DNA of 14,026 bases. Origin: Naegleria gruberi. Its lineage: Eukaryota. The notes beneath the pieces were generated by a model, which was given only the letters and a program-made list of their open reading frames with translations, was not told the DNA's origin and made no database searches. Shown here piece after piece: positions 1 through 7,673 of the stretch (position 1 is its first letter; the number at the start of each line of letters is the position of its first letter). Location of the stretch: NCBI GenBank assembly GCA_000004985.1, contig GG738984.1. One strand, given 5' to 3'. Made by a program: the position numbers and the translations under genes.

Positions 1-495
1 AAGACTCAAGTCCAACAATATGTTGACTTGGTTGCTAAGGGCCCATTCAGCCAATTGACTGATTTGGATTTGTACTTTGAAGCTAATCGTAGATATTACA
101 GATTCAACATCAAGTTGCCAATCGTTCCACACAAGTTTGTTGAACCATTGGTCATCCAAGGTGCTGAAAACTTCTTTAAACAATGGCACGCAATTGGAAA
201 GGAACAAGAAGTCCAAAAGATTTTCCCATGCACTCCTGTATATTCTGATGTAAATGCCTGTGCTAAGGTTTTGTCTGAAGGTTTCCGTTTGGCCATTTTG
301 ACTGGTATTGACAATCCAAGTAATATTGTTGCTGCTGGTTCTTTCTTCTATGATCCTGTTGGTAAGGTTAACGTTTTATTACGTCTTGAATACAATGCTC
401 CAAAGCAAGCTTACAGATTAACTGTCAAGGCTCAAGATGCCACTATTGCTCAACAAGTTTTCAATTACATCTTACAAGAACTCACCTCCCAATAA
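1..495 (+). CDS. 3' end of a gene entering from upstream of the window; the C-terminal about 164 aa. The tail resembles the C-terminal platform of an AP-complex beta subunit (beta-adaptin appendage). Product call is tentative.
   Basis: Frame 1 is open from base 1 to the TAA at 493-495. The M at 28 in the track is a TTG, so it is not a real start. Codon usage is strongly biased (gtt, gct, aag, cca, ttc, ttg, ggt, aga), as in highly expressed genes. The tail ...RLEYNAPKQAYRLTVKAQDATIAQQVFNYILQEL shows the same pattern as the beta2-adaptin C-terminus (..LSLKCRAPEVSQYIYQVYDSILKN), recalled from memory. The upstream FFKQWHAIGKEQEVQ is similar to the adaptin VFLATWKDIPNENELQ. AATAAA-like signals follow at 487-494. 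Confidence 0.75.
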   Translation, partial: KTQVQQYVDLVAKGPFSQLTDLDLYFEANRRYYRFNIKLPIVPHKFVEPLVIQGAENFFKQWHAIGKEQEVQKIFPCTPVYSDVNACAKVLSEGFRLAILTGIDNPSNIVAAGSFFYDPVGKVNVLLRLEYNAPKQAYRLTVKAQDATIAQQVFNYILQELTSQ

Positions 496-636
496 TTTAA
501 ATAAACCTAATTTATTTACTTAGTGTAAAATGATTAATCTATTATTTGAGCTAGCTCCAATTAGAGATTTGCAGCCTATTTATTGGAGGTCTTTCATTTA
601 GAACTCATCTTTGTTCATAACAGAGCTCAAAATAAA

Positions 637-1005
637 TTACTCCAAAGTATTATTTGGAGATAGGTAGGCTTCTTGATTGATTGTCAAGGTAATATTATCA
701 TTGTTTCTTGTTGGTGTTTTGGGTTCATTCAATGTTTCAAGATTTGCAGAATTTTTCTTTTGTAAAATGTTTAAACTTGTTCTCAACATGTCAGTGAAGG
801 ATGGAACAAGAGCTGGAGTGTGATGTTTCTCATGCAACATGTAAGCAATACATTCACCTTTTCCTTTCACATTTAAATGTCTTTCTTCAAAAGTGAAACC
901 CAAATCATAAACTCTTTCATAGGTTGATCTGGAAATTTGAATTCTTCCTGGAATTGAATTAGATTCCATTCTTGAAGCTGTATTAATTGTATCTCCCCAT
1001 AAATC
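637..1005 (-). CDS. Terminal exon of a PAS-domain class III nucleotidyl cyclase. It covers the C-terminal half of the catalytic domain (DLWGDTINTASRMES...VKGKGECIAYML) plus an N/T-rich tail of about 65 aa. Stop codon is at 637-639.
   Basis: The reverse complement of 991-1005 reads GAT TTA TGG GGA GAT ..., giving D-L-W-G-D-T-I-N-T-A-S-R-M-E-S. This is the canonical class III cyclase motif with the transition-state Asn and Arg, and it is in frame with track ORF 637-969. A CAG acceptor (plus 1006-1008 revcomp) and polypyrimidine tract precede it. The downstream GKG..YML block is the usual end of the cyclase fold. Confidence 0.9.
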   Translation of the reverse strand, partial: DLWGDTINTASRMESNSIPGRIQISRSTYERVYDLGFTFEERHLNVKGKGECIAYMLHEKHHTPALVPSFTDMLRTSLNILQKKNSANLETLNEPKTPTRNNDNITLTINQEAYLSPNNTLE

Positions 1006-1112
1006 CTATTTAATTAATATTCAATTAATAATCAAATAATAATAAGTGAAAATGTACACAAATAATACACATTGCCATTGTTAAATTAAAAATGTTAAAA
1101 TTAAAAACATAC
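1006..1112 (-). other. Intron (107 nt) within the cyclase catalytic domain. Donor is GTATGT and acceptor is AATAG; it is phase 0.
   Basis: The upstream exon ends ...GVIGRKKFAY (TAT at 1113-1115) and is followed directly by GTATGT on the minus strand. Without splicing the read continues VCF then stop. Splicing to 1005 restores the conserved YDLWGDT motif. The intron is about 85% AT. Confidence 0.85.
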
Positions 1113-1975
1113 ATAGGCAAATTTCTTCCTCCCAATAACACCTGCAATAACACTTCCAGTATTAATACCAACACGAATATTAATTTGTTCAGATGGTTGT
1201 TTTCCTGATTTGGAATTAAATCTTTGTAAAACATCAAATGTATCAATGGAAAATCTCAAAATTCTTTCAGGATGATCTGATTGTGCATTTAATCCATGTA
1301 ATCCACCCACACAAAAATATGAATCTCCAATCGTTTTAATCTTTTCCAAATTATATTTGTCTGTCAAATCATCAAATCCAATTACAATTTCATTCAACAT
1401 TTGAACCAATTCAGATGCTTGAATTCCAGTACTTAATTTTGTAAATCCAACCATATCACTAAAAAAACATGAAACATCATTGAATTTCTCTGCAATATAA
1501 GTTTCTCCTGATTTCAATTTACTTGCTACTGCACTTGGTAAAATATTCAATAATAATTCTTCAGAATGTTTCTTTTCTTCTGTCAATAATGAATTATGTT
1601 TCTTCTCTGTTGTAATATCCTTAATGAAACAAGTGACAATACTTTGAGAATTGTGAAGAGTGGCAAAAATATTGACACGTGATGGGAAGCTTGTTTGATT
1701 CTTTCTGATACATTCCAATTCAATAGAATCTCCTTTCGAATCACCTCTTGCTGCATTCACTAACATTTCATCAATGAGGTTTTTAATTTTCGATTGCTCA
1801 TTCTTTTCAAATAATTGATACAATGATCTGCCAATCGTTTCTGTTTGATTATATCCAAATATCTTTTGAGCTGCTGGATTGAATATTTCAATATCAACCT
1901 TCTCTCCACTGCACATCACTGCTCCATCTACAGATGCGTTCAAAATGCTTCGAACTTTTGAGTCGCCCTCTGATG
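1113..1975 (-). CDS. Penultimate exon of the cyclase (partial; its 5' end runs into the gap). It holds a PAS domain (about 1615-1975), a guanylyl-cyclase-like linker (EELLLNILPSAVASKLKSGETY), and the first half of the cyclase domain (FFSDMVGFT...KIKTIGDSYFCVGGL..., about 1113-1484).
   Basis: The frame is open from 1113 through 1943 and on to the gap edge at 1975. The M at 1943 is a TTG. PAS signature: ..SILNASVDGAVMCSGEKVDIEIFNPAAQKIFGYNQTETIGRSLY. Both metal-binding Asp residues are present (FSDMVGF and TIGDSY). The substrate-specifying residue is Lys in KIKTIGD, which is the adenylyl-cyclase type. Confidence 0.9.
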
Positions 1976-4900
1976 NNNNNNNNNNNNNNNNNNNNNNNNN
2001 NNNNNNNNNNNNNNNNNNNNNNNNNNNNNNNNNNNNNNNNNNNNNNNNNNNNNNNNNNNNNNNNNNNNNNNNNNNNNNNNNNNNNNNNNNNNNNNNNNNN
2101 NNNNNNNNNNNNNNNNNNNNNNNNNNNNNNNNNNNNNNNNNNNNNNNNNNNNNNNNNNNNNNNNNNNNNNNNNNNNNNNNNNNNNNNNNNNNNNNNNNNN
2201 NNNNNNNNNNNNNNNNNNNNNNNNNNNNNNNNNNNNNNNNNNNNNNNNNNNNNNNNNNNNNNNNNNNNNNNNNNNNNNNNNNNNNNNNNNNNNNNNNNNN
2301 NNNNNNNNNNNNNNNNNNNNNNNNNNNNNNNNNNNNNNNNNNNNNNNNNNNNNNNNNNNNNNNNNNNNNNNNNNNNNNNNNNNNNNNNNNNNNNNNNNNN
2401 NNNNNNNNNNNNNNNNNNNNNNNNNNNNNNNNNNNNNNNNNNNNNNNNNNNNNNNNNNNNNNNNNNNNNNNNNNNNNNNNNNNNNNNNNNNNNNNNNNNN
2501 NNNNNNNNNNNNNNNNNNNNNNNNNNNNNNNNNNNNNNNNNNNNNNNNNNNNNNNNNNNNNNNNNNNNNNNNNNNNNNNNNNNNNNNNNNNNNNNNNNNN
2601 NNNNNNNNNNNNNNNNNNNNNNNNNNNNNNNNNNNNNNNNNNNNNNNNNNNNNNNNNNNNNNNNNNNNNNNNNNNNNNNNNNNNNNNNNNNNNNNNNNNN
2701 NNNNNNNNNNNNNNNNNNNNNNNNNNNNNNNNNNNNNNNNNNNNNNNNNNNNNNNNNNNNNNNNNNNNNNNNNNNNNNNNNNNNNNNNNNNNNNNNNNNN
2801 NNNNNNNNNNNNNNNNNNNNNNNNNNNNNNNNNNNNNNNNNNNNNNNNNNNNNNNNNNNNNNNNNNNNNNNNNNNNNNNNNNNNNNNNNNNNNNNNNNNN
2901 NNNNNNNNNNNNNNNNNNNNNNNNNNNNNNNNNNNNNNNNNNNNNNNNNNNNNNNNNNNNNNNNNNNNNNNNNNNNNNNNNNNNNNNNNNNNNNNNNNNN
3001 NNNNNNNNNNNNNNNNNNNNNNNNNNNNNNNNNNNNNNNNNNNNNNNNNNNNNNNNNNNNNNNNNNNNNNNNNNNNNNNNNNNNNNNNNNNNNNNNNNNN
3101 NNNNNNNNNNNNNNNNNNNNNNNNNNNNNNNNNNNNNNNNNNNNNNNNNNNNNNNNNNNNNNNNNNNNNNNNNNNNNNNNNNNNNNNNNNNNNNNNNNNN
3201 NNNNNNNNNNNNNNNNNNNNNNNNNNNNNNNNNNNNNNNNNNNNNNNNNNNNNNNNNNNNNNNNNNNNNNNNNNNNNNNNNNNNNNNNNNNNNNNNNNNN
3301 NNNNNNNNNNNNNNNNNNNNNNNNNNNNNNNNNNNNNNNNNNNNNNNNNNNNNNNNNNNNNNNNNNNNNNNNNNNNNNNNNNNNNNNNNNNNNNNNNNNN
3401 NNNNNNNNNNNNNNNNNNNNNNNNNNNNNNNNNNNNNNNNNNNNNNNNNNNNNNNNNNNNNNNNNNNNNNNNNNNNNNNNNNNNNNNNNNNNNNNNNNNN
3501 NNNNNNNNNNNNNNNNNNNNNNNNNNNNNNNNNNNNNNNNNNNNNNNNNNNNNNNNNNNNNNNNNNNNNNNNNNNNNNNNNNNNNNNNNNNNNNNNNNNN
3601 NNNNNNNNNNNNNNNNNNNNNNNNNNNNNNNNNNNNNNNNNNNNNNNNNNNNNNNNNNNNNNNNNNNNNNNNNNNNNNNNNNNNNNNNNNNNNNNNNNNN
3701 NNNNNNNNNNNNNNNNNNNNNNNNNNNNNNNNNNNNNNNNNNNNNNNNNNNNNNNNNNNNNNNNNNNNNNNNNNNNNNNNNNNNNNNNNNNNNNNNNNNN
3801 NNNNNNNNNNNNNNNNNNNNNNNNNNNNNNNNNNNNNNNNNNNNNNNNNNNNNNNNNNNNNNNNNNNNNNNNNNNNNNNNNNNNNNNNNNNNNNNNNNNN
3901 NNNNNNNNNNNNNNNNNNNNNNNNNNNNNNNNNNNNNNNNNNNNNNNNNNNNNNNNNNNNNNNNNNNNNNNNNNNNNNNNNNNNNNNNNNNNNNNNNNNN
4001 NNNNNNNNNNNNNNNNNNNNNNNNNNNNNNNNNNNNNNNNNNNNNNNNNNNNNNNNNNNNNNNNNNNNNNNNNNNNNNNNNNNNNNNNNNNNNNNNNNNN
4101 NNNNNNNNNNNNNNNNNNNNNNNNNNNNNNNNNNNNNNNNNNNNNNNNNNNNNNNNNNNNNNNNNNNNNNNNNNNNNNNNNNNNNNNNNNNNNNNNNNNN
4201 NNNNNNNNNNNNNNNNNNNNNNNNNNNNNNNNNNNNNNNNNNNNNNNNNNNNNNNNNNNNNNNNNNNNNNNNNNNNNNNNNNNNNNNNNNNNNNNNNNNN
4301 NNNNNNNNNNNNNNNNNNNNNNNNNNNNNNNNNNNNNNNNNNNNNNNNNNNNNNNNNNNNNNNNNNNNNNNNNNNNNNNNNNNNNNNNNNNNNNNNNNNN
4401 NNNNNNNNNNNNNNNNNNNNNNNNNNNNNNNNNNNNNNNNNNNNNNNNNNNNNNNNNNNNNNNNNNNNNNNNNNNNNNNNNNNNNNNNNNNNNNNNNNNN
4501 NNNNNNNNNNNNNNNNNNNNNNNNNNNNNNNNNNNNNNNNNNNNNNNNNNNNNNNNNNNNNNNNNNNNNNNNNNNNNNNNNNNNNNNNNNNNNNNNNNNN
4601 NNNNNNNNNNNNNNNNNNNNNNNNNNNNNNNNNNNNNNNNNNNNNNNNNNNNNNNNNNNNNNNNNNNNNNNNNNNNNNNNNNNNNNNNNNNNNNNNNNNN
4701 NNNNNNNNNNNNNNNNNNNNNNNNNNNNNNNNNNNNNNNNNNNNNNNNNNNNNNNNNNNNNNNNNNNNNNNNNNNNNNNNNNNNNNNNNNNNNNNNNNNN
4801 NNNNNNNNNNNNNNNNNNNNNNNNNNNNNNNNNNNNNNNNNNNNNNNNNNNNNNNNNNNNNNNNNNNNNNNNNNNNNNNNNNNNNNNNNNNNNNNNNNNN

Positions 4901-6426
4901 NNNNNNNNNNNNNNNNNNNNNNNNNNNNNNNNNNNNNNNNNNNNNNNNNNNNNNNNNNNNNNNNNNNNNNNNNNNNNNNNNNNNNNNNNNNNNNNNNNNN
5001 NNNNNNNNNNNNNNNNNNNNNNNNNNNNNNNNNNNNNNNNNNNNNNNNNNNNNNNNNNNNNNNNNNNNNNNNNNNNNNNNNNNNNNNNNNNNNNNNNNNN
5101 NNNNNNNNNNNNNNNNNNNNNNNNNNNNNNNNNNNNNNNNNNNNNNNNNNNNNNNNNNNNNNNNNNNNNNNNNNNNNNNNNNNNNNNNNNNNNNNNNNNN
5201 NNNNNNNNNNNNNNNNNNNNNNNNNNNNNNNNNNNNNNNNNNNNNNNNNNNNNNNNNNNNNNNNNNNNNNNNNNNNNNNNNNNNNNNNNNNNNNNNNNNN
5301 NNNNNNNNNNNNNNNNNNNNNNNNNNNNNNNNNNNNNNNNNNNNNNNNNNNNNNNNNNNNNNNNNNNNNNNNNNNNNNNNNNNNNNNNNNNNNNNNNNNN
5401 NNNNNNNNNNNNNNNNNNNNNNNNNNNNNNNNNNNNNNNNNNNNNNNNNNNNNNNNNNNNNNNNNNNNNNNNNNNNNNNNNNNNNNNNNNNNNNNNNNNN
5501 NNNNNNNNNNNNNNNNNNNNNNNNNNNNNNNNNNNNNNNNNNNNNNNNNNNNNNNNNNNNNNNNNNNNNNNNNNNNNNNNNNNNNNNNNNNNNNNNNNNN
5601 NNNNNNNNNNNNNNNNNNNNNNNNNNNNNNNNNNNNNNNNNNNNNNNNNNNNNNNNNNNNNNNNNNNNNNNNNNNNNNNNNNNNNNNNNNNNNNNNNNNN
5701 NNNNNNNNNNNNNNNNNNNNNNNNNNNNNNNNNNNNNNNNNNNNNNNNNNNNNNNNNNNNNNNNNNNNNNNNNNNNNNNNNNNNNNNNNNNNNNNNNNNN
5801 NNNNNNNNNNNNNNNNNNNNNNNNNNNNNNNNNNNNNNNNNNNNNNNNNNNNNNNNNNNNNNNNNNNNNNNNNNNNNNNNNNNNNNNNNNNNNNNNNNNN
5901 NNNNNNNNNNNNNNNNNNNNNNNNNNNNNNNNNNNNNNNNNNNNNNNNNNNNNNNNNNNNNNNNNNNNNNNNNNNNNNNNNNNNNNNNNNNNNNNNNNNN
6001 NNNNNNNNNNNNNNNNNNNNNNNNNNNNNNNNNNNNNNNNNNNNNNNNNNNNNNNNNNNNNNNNNNNNNNNNNNNNNNNNNNNNNNNNNNNNNNNNNNNN
6101 NNNNNNNNNNNNNNNNNNNNNNNNNNNNNNNNNNNNNNNNNNNNNNNNNNNNNNNNNNNNNNNNNNNNNNNNNNNNNNNNNNNNNNNNNNNNNNNNNNNN
6201 NNNNNNNNNNNNNNNNNNNNNNNNNNNNNNNNNNNNNNNNNNNNNNNNNNNNNNNNNNNNNNNNNNNNNNNNNNNNNNNNNNNNNNNNNNNNNNNNNNNN
6301 NNNNNNNNNNNNNNNNNNNNNNNNNNNNNNNNNNNNNNNNNNNNNNNNNNNNNNNNNNNNNNNNNNNNNNNNNNNNNNNNNNNNNNNNNNNNNNNNNNNN
6401 NNNNNNNNNNNNNNNNNNNNNNNNNN
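1976..6426. other. Assembly gap (4451 N)
   Basis: A run of N. Track ORFs 1879-6438, 1894-6441, 1934-6430 and 1940-6523 are open only because N translates to X. Confidence 1.
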
Positions 6427-6429
6427 GTG

Positions 6430-6523
6430 AAGTACTAGCAATAGAGATTGAATCCTCTTCTATGGCAATATTGTTGTTGTTAGTATTATTCAATTGATTT
6501 ATGCTAGCATTGGGATGCAACAT
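6430..6523 (-). CDS. Candidate first coding segment, possibly the N-terminus of the same cyclase gene, continuing into the gap: MLHPNASINQLNNTNNNNIAIEEDSISIASTS..
   Basis: ATG on the minus strand at 6521-6523 is preceded by AAAAAAAC, an A-rich start context typical of AT-rich amoebae. Poly-N low complexity follows. It has the same orientation as the cyclase, and the frame is open to the gap edge. Linkage across the gap cannot be shown from this sequence. Confidence 0.35.
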
Positions 6524-6992
6524 GTTTTTTTGTAGTTGTTTTGTTGTAGACTTTCGTTTGGAATGAATCTAAGAATTATTTTCTAATCCATTGTTTGAAA
6601 CTTTCTGATTTAAACTTGATAGAGAATTTGGATATAAATAGAAATATTAAGCAGTGTACCGTTAGAATTTAAAATACAATAATGAGCTAGATGTGTTTTC
6701 AGGTAATGCACATATACAGATTACGTAATTCTTGAAGAAGTATTAAATAACTTCATTTAACTTCATTTAGCTAGAATGCTAGCACCATACAATTATACAT
6801 CAGATTGATTCATTATGAAAACATGTCTGTGTCCATCAAACAGTTACATCAAAAAGCAATTAACGGACCATTAGAAATAAATAAATTCTAATTTATCATC
6901 AATTTTCAATATTTGGAAATTTAAATTCCATTTAAATACAGTTCCCTGTTTGCATTCCGTGCTTGTAATATAATAATAATTAGTATCATCAT

Positions 6993-7010
6993 TAGTGATA
7001 ATTATCACTA
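6993..7010. repeat. Perfect 18-bp palindrome TAGTGATAATTATCACTA
   Basis: Read directly from the sequence. Its reverse complement is identical. It lies in the intergenic region about 470 bp upstream of the candidate cyclase start, next to the partial inverted element tatcatcattagtgata. Confidence 0.9.
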
Positions 7011-7029
7011 CATATTCGAAAAATCAGCT

Positions 7030-7200
7030 GCCAAGTACGATTTTTTGGTTTTTTTTACGTTATTCCCGCTAAACCCTTTTCGCAAATGCTGGCTTGACTT
7101 TTAACGATTTTTTGTTAATGGATTTTTGCGATGTGAGCGAAATGTAGAATTGCCCAAGCTCGACTTGTAAATTTTTTCGAAACTATTTGAAATTTCACCA
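7030..7200. other. Non-coding segment with an atypical CpG-containing composition. It has internal direct repeats: CGATTTTTTG twice, GCTTGACTT and GCTCGACTTG, and CCAAG twice.
   Basis: Nine or more CG dinucleotides occur in about 170 nt, although CG is otherwise rare here. The motifs acgattttttgg (7038-7049) and acgattttttgtt (7104-7116) repeat. Several T6-8 runs are flanked by CG. No ORF is present. Confidence 0.4.
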
Positions 7201-7223
7201 AGTCTTGAAATTAATAAAGTCTA

Positions 7224-7555
7224 TATTAAATGTATTGATTGTTGTAATGAACTGGAATAGGCCTGTTTGGAAGGGTCAAGAATAACACACGGAACCTTTT
7301 TCCTTGATATCTCAATGATACGTTTCGGATCTTCAATAGCAAGCTGTATTGAATAAAAGTCATTAGAAAAGGACTCAACCTGACAAACCTTCTTGGTTTT
7401 TGTATCAAAGCATCTCGTTTCTTACTCACTACATAGTTGCCAGCAATACATTGTCCTGAGTTTAAGGGTTCATTCAGATCAAGAAGATCACATAATTGAC
7501 ACCTATCATAATACGTAATGGATTCTATTGAACTTGTTCTGCAGGTGTTAAAGGA
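7224..7555 (-). CDS. Possible 3'-terminal two-exon fragment of an unknown minus-strand gene: exon 7430-7555 (..CRTSSIESITYYDRCQLCDLLDLNEPLNSGQCIAGNYV), intron 7344-7429 (GTGAGT..CAG, 86 nt), exon 7224-7343 (LAIEDPKRIIEISRKKVPCVILDPSKQAYSSSLQQSIHLI), with TAG at 7221-7223.
   Basis: Two open frames of about 40 codons each are phase-compatible across a canonical GTGAGT donor and a CAG acceptor. The intron is of typical size, and the exons are richer in GC than the surrounding DNA. No family was recognised. The 5' part would lie in gap 2. Confidence 0.3.
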
Positions 7556-7673
7556 TTAGCAAGATTTGTTTCCGTAAAGAAGGCAACTCCAAATTTTCTG
7601 TGAACTAGTTATATGCTGTTGATTGTACGGCCCTTAGCAATGAATTCTGCCTTTTTGGAGAAGGTCTCATTTT

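Noticed and set aside
96-314. 72-aa minus-strand ORF inside the adaptin-like gene
   Set aside because: It is antisense to a strongly codon-biased CDS and has no codon bias of its own. It is a typical shadow ORF.
1025-1246. 73-aa minus-strand ORF overlapping the cyclase intron and exon
   Set aside because: It lies in a different frame from the conserved cyclase motifs. It is hydrophobic, low-complexity and AT-rich, and is explained by the intron and the exon's out-of-frame read.
1113-1975. Calling the enzyme a guanylyl cyclase because of the GC-like linker LLLNILPSAVASKLKSGE
   Set aside because: The specificity positions are Lys and Asp, not Glu and Cys. The linker type alone does not decide specificity. 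It is therefore annotated as AC-type, pending biochemistry.
1879-6523. Four very long ORFs (about 1,500 aa, both strands) in the track across 1976-6426
   Set aside because: They consist almost entirely of X translated from the N-gap, so they carry no coding information. Only their non-N ends were considered separately.
7014-7190. A tRNA, U-snRNA or C/D snoRNA in the CpG-bearing island
   Set aside because: There is no GTTCGAnTC T-loop or cloverleaf. The match to the U1 5' end (ACUUACCUG) is only partial. The C-box and D-box are not in the proper arrangement. The island is kept as an unexplained composition and repeat feature.
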